A program made the translations under genes and the position numbers. The notes under the pieces were generated by a model that ran no database searches, had not been told where the DNA came from, and worked only from the letters and a program-made list of their open reading frames with translations. DNA of 63,665 nucleotides, counting the filler, from Octopus bimaculoides (Eukaryota): NCBI RefSeq assembly GCF_001194135.2. It is 9 parts of 9 records of this genome, joined end to end, with 100 filler letters (N's around TTAATTAATTAA, not from the genome) between each part and the next. Parts side by side here need not be neighbours in the genome. Positions count along the whole stretch, not along the records: positions 10,419 to 17,972 come from NC_068990.1; positions 18,073 to 27,858 come from NC_069001.1; 7 more parts are not named here. One strand, 5' to 3'. Positions 11,195 to 23,460 of the stretch are shown here, one piece after another. Within the stretch, counting starts at the first letter, position 1. Every line of letters starts with the position of its first letter.

Positions 11195-11290
11195 GTATGT
11201 GTGTGTGTGTGTGTGCCTAAGGTGCCATGCAGTGGAATTGAACCTGGAACCATGTGGTTGGGAAGCAAGCTTTTTACCACATAACCATAG
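11195..11290 (-). mobile_element. SINE family A head fragment
   Basis: AAGGTGCCATGCAGTGGAATTGAACCTGGAACCATGTGGTTGGGAAGCAAGC matches the family A head. Confidence 0.7.
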
Positions 11291-12228
11291 CTATACCTAT
11301 CCATACATACATATACTTGTCTTTTAGCAGTTGAAATATGCGACAACCATTTCAATTAACCTAAATTCTGCCCCCCCCCCCATTACCTAAACACTGCTTT
11401 GCGCCTTTGCTTCGTTATATACATACATATGTATGTACGGATGTATGTAGTCAGACAGTCAGACACACCTGAGTTACATCTTATGGCTGCCATAATCCTA
11501 TCCCTAACACATCTGTTATCATTCTCAACACCCTCCCATATGTACNNNNNNNNNNNNNNNNNNNNNNNNNNNNNNNNNNNNNNNNNNNNNNNNNNNNNNN
11601 NNNNNNNNNNNNNNNNNNNNNNNNNNNNNNNNNNNNNNNNNNNNNNNNNNNNNNNNNNNNNNNNNNNNNNNNNNNNNNNNNNNNNNNNNNNNNNNNNNNN
11701 NNNNNNNNNNNNNNNNNNNNNNNNNNNNNNNNNNNNNNNNNNNNNNNNNNNNNNNNNNNNNNNNNNNNNNNNNNNNNNNNNNNNNNNNNNNNNNNNNNNN
11801 NNNNNNNNNNNNNNNNNNNNNNNNNNNNNNNNNNNNNNNNNNNNNNNNNNNNNNNNNNNNNNNNNNNNNNNNNNNNNATCAACCCCCCCACTCTTGTTCA
11901 CTGTTCATTACCTTCACCTCTCCCGCCATCCCTAACCCTCTGTACCTCTTCTCTCACTCCCAACCCCCTGTCCCCATGATCCTTTAAAGCCCCCTTCTAC
12001 CTCGAGCGTATACCCTTACTCCTCCCCATCGCCACATCATTCTCTTCTTACCACCGACTTTCACCCACCCTTATATAATGCAGGGTAGCCTTTTACCTCT
12101 TCCACAGTAAGACACCTGCTCCTTTCCTTCTATAATACTTTAGCTCTCAATACCTGTAGCATAATGCTACTCTCCTCTCTTCTACACTCCCACACATTCG
12201 GGGGTGGGGGTAGGGGATCTTTCCCTTT

Positions 12229-12375
12229 CGTCATCATCATCATCATCATCATCATCGTCGTCGTCGTTTAATGTCCGCTTTCCATGCTAGCATGGGTTGG
12301 ACAGTTTGACTGAGGACTGGTGAGCCAGAAGGCTGCATCAGGCTCCAATCTGATCTGGCAAAGTTTCTACAGCTG
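12229..12375 (-). mobile_element. SINE/short LINE 3' end with (GAT)n/(GAC)n tail, RTE-related family C
   Basis: Minus strand CAGCTGTAGAAACTTTGCCAGATCAGATTGGAGCC...GGACATTAAACGACGACGATGATG; homologous to 13352-13401 (+). Confidence 0.6.
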
Positions 12376-12461
12376 CCATTTTGTTTGGGACAGGTATGAT
12401 TACCAACACAGGAACATGTATCATACATCAAAAGGAAGCTGGTCCTCTGTGGATCATATCC

Positions 12462-12660
12462 CTACTTCTCAACATAGTCACCATTTCTCTCAATAGCAAT
12501 GTTCCACCTTCGAATAAGAGCATGTATCCCTGCCCCGTAAAATTCTGTTGACTGTTCTTTGAGCCACTTCTTCACTACAATTTTCACTTCTTCATCACTG
12601 GACAATCATCTCTTTGGCCCCATGAAAGAGGGTCTGAGAGGCAAACAGTATTCCAGTGAA
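12462..12660 (-). mobile_element. Mariner transposase C-terminal remnant with a small internal inversion
   Basis: Minus 12596-12462: EEVKIVVKKWLKEQSTEFYGAGIHALIRRWNIAIERNGDYVEK*. Plus 12601-12660: DNHLFGPMKEGLRGKQYSSE, the segment that normally precedes it. Confidence 0.85.
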
Positions 12661-12953
12661 TACATATATCATCATCATCATCATCATCGTCATCAACCTC
12701 ACCATCACCATACCGTGTGTATGTATGTGAAACTTAAAAGCTGTGACTTCACAACTGACATCTCCTAGTCTCATGTTACTATGAAACATGGTAACTGAAT
12801 GAACGGTGAATCAGTTAACCCCAGTTAACCCCAGTTTGCTGGTTTACAAAAGTAGTGATGAAACTCCTACTTCTTCTGTTAACTGCTTTTTCATATAGTT
12901 TGAGTATATCAAGGTTTACATATCTATAAAACACACACACACACACACACTCA

Positions 12954-13008
<55 letters not shown>

Positions 13009-13165
13009 ACACCAGGATGCAGAGTAAAAAAAGGTCTCAAATTTCTATTTTGAATGTTATTAATATTATCAACTTTTATTAACTCTACCATCTATATTCA
13101 GTTACAGTTCCTTGAGTGTGTGCGTGTGTGTGTGTGTATGTGTGTGTGTGCGTGTGTGTATGTGC

Positions 13166-13215
<50 letters not shown>

Positions 13216-13221
13216 AGTTGT

Positions 13222-13401
13222 GCCCCCTGTGCCAGTGGCATGAAAACAGCACCATCCGAATGTGGCTGATGCCAGCTCCTCTTGCCCCTGTGCTGGTGGC
13301 ACGTAAAAAGCACCCACTACACTTTTGGAGTGGTTGGCGTTAGAAAGGGCACCCAGCTGTAGAAACATTGCCAGATCAGATTGGGGCTTGGTGCAGCCTC
13401 G
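13222..13401 (+). mobile_element. Family C SINE (RTE-related central part)
   Basis: GAGTGGTTGGCGTTAGAAAGGGCACCCAGCTGTAGAAACATTGCCAGATCAGATTGG; the AGGAAGGGCATCC-like motif recalls RTE-derived SINE segments; overlaps the 12229 copy in sequence. Confidence 0.5.
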
Positions 13402-13739
13402 TGAGGAAAGTATTAAAAACAACCGTTAACAGATATGAATGCATAAATGTCCTCGTGGAAGATGCATGGTGTGTGTACACTTGCTCATACAAGCATTCAT
13501 GAAAATGTAAGCATACACACATATGTAGTTTGGTGCAGTCACGATCACAAAGTGAGTTAAATAGCTATTTGGTGCTTATAAGAATGGGGAGGTTAAAAGT
13601 AAACTTAACTCATCCATACTTTAAAGTAAATTATGTTAACAGTTACTCAAAATCCATTCCCACTGCATTGTGTGAAAGTACATTTATATGTGTGTGGGCA
13701 TCTTCAGAGTCTTTCAGAAAGTCCATTAATGATCTTCTC

Positions 13740-15079
13740 ATTGGCCCACAGAATAGACAGTGATTCCTCGGAGCAGAGTCAGCATCTCCTGGAAATGATA
13801 TTGTATGGTTTTGTATGCCTTATGATGAACCAAATTATATTGTACTTAATTTTATCTTCCTTCAGTTGCCACACAAAATCAGTGAAAGATGTTGAATGTC
13901 TCTTATAGATTCTCTTGAAACTGGTGACATGATTGCAATAATGATTCTTAAATGAATCCCCATGTAAACATGTGGCTCTCCTTTTGTGTGCGTGGTACAT
14001 TCATATACAAGATTTTTACTCAAACAGAGGTTCATCACTGGGCATTTTGATTTTTCTCTGCATGAGAATTTATCATATTTATTTGTATGTATGACAGTTC
14101 TGACTTCATTTTCCAACGTTGTTACCGTGTTAGCTATAACATAAGCATTTCTACTATCACAACTTGGCCATATTTGGTGCTTCTCATTGCACCAAATTTC
14201 CATCCCCATTGTTGGTAATTAGATGTGTATGCTCACTAGATCCAATACGTGGGTTATTGAACTGTTGTCACATTTTACTATTGTTTATGTAGTTCACAAG
14301 CTGCTCTAAATTTGCAGAGTTAGTGTAGCATACCTTAATGGTGTGCCAATTAAAAATAGCATGATATTGATTAAATTTTGGAAAACATTTGTCCAAAGTA
14401 GCAAAAAATTTTCCAGTGAACTTGGTTGAAACATGCAAAACGAAACTTGGGTTGAACCAGAGGACATTCTGATTCCTATATCTGTTGTTTGGCTTATTTG
14501 ATCGAATGTGTTGTACAGGATTGGAACAATTTACAGTGTTATGAGCAGTTGGATTATCATGTCGCATGTGTCTATGAGTGTTCGTTGGTAGTTCATTGTC
14601 TTGACCAATTCTTCCTGGCCTGTATTCTTGATCTGAGTGAATTTTCATACTGTAACGTTGCGATGGTGTACAACATGTATTATTACTATTGGAGGAATTA
14701 CCAGTGTTGTGTATGCCTGCTTCTTGTATATATTAAATCTTCTTACAGTACCCAGCCCTAGCTAAAGCAGCATTATAATAAGCTGCATGTGATTCAAAAA
14801 TTTTATTGTTAGCGGATAATCTAGAAATTCTTGTAGAAATATTCTTAACTAATCCCTGTATTATTGAGGGTGGATGGTTGGATGCTACGTTAATGTACTT
14901 AATATGATCATTTGGCTTATGAAATGGTTCATATAATCCAGTATCAAAACAGAAGGTAGCATCAAGAAAATTTATTCGATGATAATTCTTTCCCATAGTA
15001 ATGTTTTGTCCCAAATTTTAAAAAAAGCTGAAGAAATTTTCTCTATGCCTTTCGAATTGTACTTTACTACTTCTGTCCA
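13740..15079 (-). mobile_element. Penelope-like element (RT 3' part + GIY-YIG), decayed
   Basis: INFLDATF...YEPFHKPND.IKYINVASNHPPSII; VLWFNPSF...IFNWHTIKVCY; CREKSKCPVMNLCLSKNLVYECT...VYMG; KYNIIWFII...YNIISRRC. Confidence 0.85.
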
Positions 15080-15135
15080 TTAGAAAATTACTATTTTTAA
15101 ATCTCACAATGAGAAATATTCAGCAACAGTACTTT

Positions 15136-15422
15136 GTAGTAAAGATTGTTTGCCAACATAACATGGTAGTCCTGGTTTAGGACGAATGTTTCTGTAATTT
15201 AGCCCCAGGAGACATCGTCTCCAGCTGGCTGTACGGCACGATCTGTGTCCTTATGTTTTCAGACAAGGGAATCTAGCACTCCCAAGATTCCCTTGTTCAA
15301 AAAATAAGGATACAGATCATGTCGTATAGCCAGCTGGAGATGATGTCTCCTGGGGCTAAATTACAGCAACATTCATCCTAAACCAGGACTGCCATGTTAT
15401 GTTGGCAAATAATCTTTACTAC
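15136..15422. repeat. Long inverted repeat (139/138-bp arms, 10-nt loop, about 91% identical)
   Basis: 15136-15274 is the reverse complement of 15285-15422, with about 12-13 differences by manual alignment; loop AGCACTCCCA. Confidence 0.92.
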
Positions 15423-16569
15423 TTCTGTCCAGAAAGAATAAGGTGTCATCCTTAAATAGATCCCCTGTTACTTCCAGAAAAGAAGACTGGATTAATGAAA
15501 GGATATATATTCCGACTAAGTCCACTCAGCCTAAAATTATGGACTACTCTTTTGTTTAATTGCATTTCACACCAGTGGGGTACAATTATGCATTACATTA
15601 CATACATACATACACACATCCATGCATGCATGTATACTTATATACATGCATCCATGGATAGTTCAACCAATTTCCACAAGTTGAAGGACAGCACCATGCT
15701 CTCTTGTCTCAGATTTCCACAGTTGGGTGTTCTTCCTAACACTTGATGCTTTTACAGTGTGTACTCGGCGCAAAGTTTTAAATGGCACATCTTGTAGTGA
15801 GGTCATCATGTAATTCTCAACACTAAAGAACCAAAGTAACCAAAGTAACACCAAAGAACCAAAGCTAAAAGGAAAGTAACAAGGAGAGAGGAAGAGAGAG
15901 GGAGAGAGAGAGGAAGAGAGAGAGATAATAAAGTATGGTGAGGTGGATAGATTTATTGTTGTGAAAGGTGGACATGAAGAAAGTAACAAACTCCGAGGGA
16001 AGGGAGTGGGGAAAATGGAGACGATGAGTGTATGGGTCTAATGAGGATGTGAGGGACTGAACAGTAATCATCAGGACACAATAAATTTCTGCAAACTGTC
16101 TGACTTAATAAGCTTAGTAAAAATCATAGTCTTGAGTTTTATCAGCTAGAATTAATTAATTAAACTCAAGTTGACATCTTTTAAATGTAACTAATAAAGC
16201 ATGAGGTTATACTTTTTATTAGGTTAATCCAGTTTGCTGAAACAGTGTGTACCGATGAGAAATATAGAAATTTTGACACGTATAATGCTTCAAACGGTTT
16301 TCAAATTCAATTTGTTTCTATTCTGTTTTGGAAGAAAGATTTTTTATTTCCAATCAAAAACTGTTAATTTTAAAAGCAGAATGACACAAATCTTTTGGTA
16401 AGAAGTATTTATTATATGTAAGTGTTTTTGCTGTTTACATGTTTTCAAACATACATGTTATAGGGTAATCTGTATACAGGAAATTGATTCTAGTAGCAGT
16501 ATTAACTATTTCTAGTTTAGCTTCAGATTTAGAATCCTTATGAAGTATTTTTCTTGCGGACACTCTTGA

Positions 16570-17140
16570 TAAGTTTTGACCTCACTAGTTTCTATCCCCC
16601 ATAGATTAAGATTACAAGCAGTAGAATTCTGGATAGACAAATACCCACACAAAATTAAGGTGAGATTCCCAGATGATTATATAATTGAAGGGTTACAATT
16701 GGTTCTAGAAAGCAGCAACTTTTTTGCTAACCAATATTATCTGCAAGTAATAGGAACAGCCATGGCCACAAAAGTAACACCTGAAATTGTCATAATCAGA
16801 ATGGAATTCCTCAAAGAAAAAATCTATGCCTGTTCTAGGATTGCTTTTGATCAGTATTTCCAATGGAATTTGAAAGAAACTGGAAATATTTCTGTGTGAC
16901 TGCTTTATAATTTGGAATAAAAGTAAGGAAGATCTTGCAAAATTCCTTAAATTAATACCCAGCATCCATGAATTGAGCCAGTTTACCATAAACATGAATG
17001 AAATGGAACTCCCATTTTTGGTAATTAAAGAGAATTAGAATGTTACAACCAGTCTCTATTCCAAGGACATGGATACACACCAATACATAGATTTTAGATC
17101 TAGCTACCAATTCTATATTGAATGGAACATCCAATTTAAC
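16570..17140 (+). mobile_element. Penelope-like reverse transcriptase fragment, decayed
   Basis: SLVSIPH.L.LQAVEFWIDKYP...YYLQVIGTAMATKVTPE...CDCFIIW...ELPF...SLYSKDMDTHQYIDF follow Penelope RT motifs 3-7 with frameshifts. Confidence 0.75.
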
Positions 17141-18219
17141 ATGATAAGATGTTTATTTTCAATAAGCTATGGACACAAATAGATAAGACAGATGACTGGT
17201 GGAACTAAAGGTATTCCTTCAGAAACAAAATACCTGAAGAACAGTAAATCTTGCCATAACCAAAGTAAAAGAGATTCCAGTCTCTGTCGTGCAATGGAAT
17301 CCTCACAATGAAGGTGAAGACAAAAACAAAAACATTTAAGTTGTAGCTATCCATAAGACTAGAAACCATAACATCTTACATTCAACAAAATGATATCTTC
17401 GAATCTTATATCAAATCTCAAAAAATTAATTCAATAATCTCAAATTATTAACAGCTGAAGTCAACCATCATTAAATCTTAAAAGTCTCTTAACAAAGACA
17501 AAATTCTCATCAGAAGAAATAATGAGCTGAAAGTTAATGAAAATATAAAATTTAAAACAAAGAATCTCATAAACGGCATCACATGCTCATAATGAGAATT
17601 ACATCAGCCAAAGAAGATCAAAATTAATTATTGCATTAGAGTTTATAAACAACAAATCTTTTAGAAAAAATTCTGTATCATGAACATTGAGACATTTGTG
17701 AAATGGAAACTTGAAAATATTGCCTTTTCCCAAATAAAAGAAGAAACTGATCAAAGGCGAAAGACAAAAGAAGGATATTTAATAAGAATTCTAAATCAGA
17801 AACTAAACCATAAATAATGGTCAACACTTCTACTAAGAACGATTTTGTCTTTGGAAATTACTCCTGTAGAATGTAAGTCTGAAAAGCTGTAAGTAGCAAA
17901 AGTACAATGGAATAATTCTTTCCAAAAGATTTACATCATTGTGTTTCTTCTAAGATTGTTTATATATATATANNNNNNNNNNNNNNNNNNNNNNNNNNNN
18001 NNNNNNNNNNNNNNNNTTAATTAATTAANNNNNNNNNNNNNNNNNNNNNNNNNNNNNNNNNNNNNNNNNNNNTGTGTATATATATATATATATGTATGAA
18101 TATGCATGTGTATATATATATATATATAGGAGAATGTACGAAAAAAAAAACAACAGACGAGGACAGGTGGTGTAAACAACAAAAGGATGTATTAGTTTGA
18201 CGCTCGGGAATACAGAAAG

Positions 18220-18256
18220 TCTTTAACGTTTCGAGCTACGCTCTTCAACAGAAAGA
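18220..18256 (-). ncRNA. Minimal type I hammerhead ribozyme-like motif (A6U variant)
   Basis: Minus strand TCTTT-CTGTTGA-A-GAGC-GTA-GCTC-GAAAC-GTT-AAAGA: 5-bp stem I, 4-bp stem II, palindromic AACGTT stem III. Confidence 0.6.
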
Positions 18257-18804
18257 ATACGGAGAAAACAAGGAGAAAAACACGGAGAAAAAAATTGAAT
18301 GGTGTTTGGTCAACGATTAATCATTATATACACACACACATATATGTATTTGTACACACATACACACGCACACATGTGCACATACACGATATGATTTAGA
18401 GTTATCCCCCTTGAATAGCCAAGTAAGGTCTTTTATTCTTAAACATTTTGAGAGAAATTGAGAGAAGTTTGAATAGATGCGAATAACGAACGTGGAAGAT
18501 GTTTAATTAGTCGTAAGGCGGTGGTATACTGTGGTGCAGTGAAACAGGGGTTTATTAAGGTGTGTTGTGTGTGATAAGGTATTGCAGTAATCAGGGACGG
18601 ATTAACACCCTAATGGGATCTAAATACATAAAAGGTTTTGTTGCCCCCGAATATATGTAATTCAAAATATAAACAACATTAAACCATAAAATAAATTTAT
18701 ATTTTTAAAAATAAAACAAAACTAACAGTAAGAAAATATTTGTTTTTTTTTTATACTTTCACTTTATATTTGAAAAGTTTTCTACTATTTTGTCTTTGAT
18801 CAGA

Positions 18805-19010
18805 CCTTGTGAGTGGATTTGGTAGACGGAAACTGAAAGAAGCCTGCCATATGTGTATGTGTGTATTTATGTGTGTGTCTTTTTGTCTGTTTTTTAATCC
18901 CCCTACAACCATCGCTTGACAACCGATGTTGGTGTGTTTACGTCACCGAAACACAGCGGTTCGGCAACAGAGACCGATAGATTAAGTACCAGGCTTACAA
19001 AGATTACGTC
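18805..19010 (+). mobile_element. SINE family A, partial
   Basis: CCTTGTGAGTGGATTTGGTAGACGGAAACTGAAAGAAGCC...CATCGCTTGACAACCGATGTTGG...GAGACCGATAGATTAAGTACC. Confidence 0.8.
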
Positions 19011-19556
19011 TTANNNNNNNNNNNNNNNNNNNNNNNNNNNNNNNNNNNNNNNNNNNNNNNNNNNNNNNNNNNNNNNNNNNNNNNNNNNNNNNNNNNNNNN
19101 NNNNNNNNNNNNNNNNNNNNNNNNNNNNNNNNNNNNNNNNNNNNNNNNNNNNNNNNNNNNNNNNNNNNNNNNNNNNNNNNNNNNNNNNNNNNNNNNNNNN
19201 NNNNNNNNNNNNNNNNNNNNNNNNNNNNNNNNNNNNNNNNNNNNNNNNNNNNNNNNNNNNNNNNNNNNNNNNNNNNNNNNNNNNNNNNNNNNNNNNNNNN
19301 NNNNNNNNNNNNNNNNNNNNNNNNNNNNNNNNNNNNNNNNNNNNNNNNNNNNNNNNNNNNNNNNNNNNNNNNNNNNNNNNNNNNNNNNNNNNNNNNNNNN
19401 NNNNNNNNNNNNNNNNNNNNNNNNNNNNNNNNNNNNNNNNNNNNNNNNNNNNNNNNNNNNNNNNNNNNNNNNNNNNNNNNNNNNNNNNNNNNNNNNNNNN
19501 NNNNNNNNNNNNNNNNNNNNNNNNNNNNNNNNNNNNNNNNNNNNNNNNNNNNNNNN

Positions 19557-19661
19557 NTATTATTATTATTATTATTATTACTATTATTATTGTTTGTTGT
19601 TGATGTTGTTAATATTAACATCATCATCATTGTTACAATTTTTGATATACATTGGCCACTA

Positions 19662-19693
<32 letters not shown>

Positions 19694-19860
19694 ATAGTTG
19701 TAGTAGTAGTAGTGGTAGTGGTGATGATAGTTGGTGCTGTAAGGGGTGGAGGTGGTGGTGGCAGCGTTGGCGTTAGTGCTTTTGTGGTGGTGATTCTCAA
19801 TGTTGTGGTTGTTGTTGGTGGTGGTGGCGCTGATGGTGGAGGTGGTGGTACTACCAATCT
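19557..19860. repeat. Compound trinucleotide low-complexity tract (TAT/GTT/CAG/GTA/GGT)
   Basis: Consecutive cryptic triplet repeats; they explain the poly-X ORFs in the ORF track. Confidence 0.85.
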
Positions 19861-20270
19861 ACTGCTAAAAACTATCCAAACACACATGTTTATGTTTATC
19901 GCACAGGAATGACTTTAGTTTGCAGGCATTTTTTTTTATGCTAATGAAGTGACAATAGTGTCAGCCAATTACAATCACTTGCTTTTTCATTATACATACA
20001 TACATACATGCATAAATGCATGCACTCATATACACAAACACTTATACAACCATACATATAAACATGGAAAACAAACACATACATGGTCACAGATACGTAC
20101 ATTTGTCTATCTCTCTTTGTATGTATGTATGTATGTATGTATCTATCTATCTATCTATATATATATATATATATATATATACGTACATGTACATATATAC
20201 ATGCATTCATACATACATACGTACACACATGTGTATATACATATATATATACATATACACATATATACAC

Positions 20271-20306
<36 letters not shown>

Positions 20307-21184
20307 ATGAATGTATGTATGTGTACGGATGCAGTTTCTTCAGTGTCTTTACTTTAATATCCTTCGATTTAACTGTTTAAAGTTTTTAGTTTCTCTACTC
20401 CGTGTTGTATGATGTAGAGTTGTCCGTTAAGTTAATCGCGAACAATCTCCAATTGAAGTCTTGATTGGATAATCACTTATAATCCATTATTTCAAAACAT
20501 TATGTTCTTTAAATGTTTGTTATTCATTTATACTGGGCAAGTATAAATTTCCCCATATGCAAGCAGCTCACAGCATATTCTTTTCTNNNNNNNNNNNNNN
20601 NNNNNNNNNNNNNNNNNNNNNNNNNNNNNNNNNNNNNNNNNNNNNNNNNNNNNNNNNNNNNNNNNNNNNNNNNNNNNNNNNNNNNNNNNNNNNNNNNNNN
20701 NNNNNNNNNNNNNNNNNNNNNNNNNNNNNNNNNNNNNNNNNNNNNNNNNNNNNNNNNNNNNNNNNNNNNNNNNNNNNNNNNNNNNNNNNNNNNNNNNNNN
20801 NNNNNNNNNNNNNNNNNNNNNNNNNNNNNNNNNNNNNNNNNNNNNNNNNNNNNNNNNNNNNNNNNNNNNNNNNNNNNNNNNNNNNNNNNNNNNNNNNNNN
20901 NNNNNNNNNNNNNNNNNNNNNNNNNNNNNNNNNNNNNNNNNNNNNNNNNNNNNNNNNNNNNNNNNNNNNNNNNNNNNNNNNNNNNNNNNNNNNNNNNNNN
21001 NNNNNNNNNNNNNNNNNNNNNNNNNNNNNNNNNNNNNNNNNNNNNNNNNNNNNNNNNNNNNNNNNNNNNNNNNNNNNNNNNNNNNNNNNNNNNNNNNNNN
21101 NNNNNNNNNNNNNNNNNNNNNNNNNNNNNNNNNNNNNNNNNNNNNNNNNNNNNNNNNNNNNNNNNNNNNNNNNNNNNNNNNNNN

Positions 21185-21231
<47 letters not shown>

Positions 21232-21979
21232 CATATATGTATATATATATATATGCAGGTATGTAAATATTCATACATGCTAGCATCAATATATTTTTCC
21301 ATACACACATACATACATATGTGTTCATGCATAAAAGTACGGTACACACATTTATGTGACACATGTAGGACACACATATGGGTAATAGCACTCTTACACA
21401 GCCAATATTTATTGCAAAAACACAAATGCCTTTTTTTTCACACAAATCCGTACAGTCATGTCATACAAACACAAACATATGTCATGAACTGTTCAGTTCA
21501 AATGTATTCGCAACATTACACCTACGCATATATTAAGAGAAACAAAAGCATAAGAGAGAGAGGGTGAGGGTGAGAGGAAGAGGTAGAGAGAGGCGAGGAG
21601 AGACGTAGGGGAAGAGAGAAAAACGGGAGGTAAATGATTGAATGATGGGAGAGAGAAAAAGAGGAGGTAAATGATTGAATGAGGGGAAAGATAATTGAGG
21701 AAAGAGAGCGTGAGAGAGAGAGAGGAAGTGATTGTTCTGGACGCTGTGGGTTATAATGGAATATATAGCAGAACAAATACATAAATTAATTCAATAAAGT
21801 AATAAAATAAAGACTTTTAAGTAAAATAAGGATATTAAATAAAATTTAAATGTCACATCTATTCAATAAATTTCGTTTTTGTCNNNNNNNNNNGTATGCA
21901 TGTGTCTATCGAAATGTGTGTAAATGTGTATGAATCTACATTTATTTTCTAATGTGCATATACATATATGTGTGTACGT

Positions 21980-22021
<42 letters not shown>

Positions 22022-22394
22022 GTGTGTGTGTGTGTGTGTGGTGTGTTTTCTTTTCCGAGTCACTAATTCATAATTATTCTGAAATTATGAAACAAGTTGA
22101 AATTTTTACACACATTGCTTCTTTCTAAAAATAAAAATTAAACGTATTTTTTTTTATTTCTTCCTTTTTTTTTTTGAAAGCATACTTTAAAAGTATCCAA
22201 AACAACATCAACAAGAACAACAGCAACAGAAGAGCACTATCACCACCAACGGCACCACCACCCCAACAACAACAACAACAACACTATAGATAACATTTCA
22301 TCAGTAACAGAAGCCTTCATAACAACAACAAAAACAACGAGACCAACAACAAAAGAACAGTGTCGATAACAACAACAACACTGACCACCATAAT

Positions 22395-22579
22395 CTTTTC
22401 TACTATAGGCGCAAAGCCTGAAATTTTGGTGGTGGGGATGTATGTAGTCGATTACATCGATCGCGACAGGATGAGAGGTAAAGTCGACCTCGGCGGAGTT
22501 AGAACCCAGAACGTAAAGACAGACGAAATACCGCTAAGCATTTCGCCTGGCGTGCTAACGGTTCTGCCAGCTCGCCGCC
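22395..22579 (-). mobile_element. SINE family B (Meta/MESC-like)
   Basis: Head GTTCTGCCAGCTCGCCGCC (22561-22579); tail variant CCTATAGTAGAAAAG shared with the 46496 copy. Confidence 0.8.
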
Positions 22580-22581
22580 TT

Positions 22582-22627
<46 letters not shown>

Positions 22628-22762
22628 ATAATAATAATAATAATAATAATATGGTTATGATGCTCCCTCACTATTCCTGCTCAGGATCAAAGAGGCACAT
22701 ATTGTCAGACACTAAGGGACAAGCTCAGTTTGTTACGGTTAAGCAACTGACAAGTAAATTTG

Positions 22763-23116
22763 TGGTACTGAGCAGAATATTTGCTATAACGATATTTCTG
22801 CTTCAGCAACTTAGCGCTGAATCTGTCTGAAATGTAATGGAAAATAGGTCAGTTTCAAAACATTGATGTCTCGGTCAGAAAAGCAAAGTTTGAAGGGAAT
22901 AGTAGTCACTTCCTTTGATTTCTAGAAAGAATCAAATAGGAAACAAAACAAGAAGCAAATCTATGGTATTGAGCAGAATATTTCCGATACTTCTGCTTCA
23001 GCAATTCAGCGCTGAAGCTGTCTGAAGTGTAATGGAAAATAGGTCAGCTTCAAAATAGTGATATCCAGATCACAAAAGTTTGAAGGGAATAGCAGTGATT
23101 TCCTTTGATTTCTAGA
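22763..23116. repeat. Diverged tandem duplication, period about 201 bp
   Basis: TGGTAxTGAGCAGAATATTT...TGTAATGGAAAATAGGTCAG...AAAGTTTGAAGGGAATAG...TCCTTTGATTTCTAGA occurs at 22763-22926 and 22964-23116. Confidence 0.85.
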
Positions 23117-23410
23117 TAGAAGCCTTAATAATGATATTAATAATTAAATGTAGCTCAGTGGGATGACAAAGAAATATATGGAAGACAGGATAAAACTAAA
23201 CACACATAATGGACAAGGATATGTTCCATCCACCATCATATATCGACCAAATGTCACGGAAGGTATCGAAACTGTTTCGATTTCTGGATTGATAACTGAT
23301 GAGGAGTGGAATATGACTAGGTCCATTGTGTTTTGATTTTTCCGGTTTTCCGTACAATTCCTTTGTCGTCCCCCTGTTCCACATTTTATTATTATGATTG
23401 TTCTTTCGTA

Positions 23411-23460
<50 letters not shown>

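Noticed and set aside
23262-23310. ATCGAAAC-T-GTTTCGAT followed by CTGATGAG as a type II hammerhead
   Set aside because: Stems I and II pair for only 1-2 bp, and a competing perfect hairpin sequesters GAAA.
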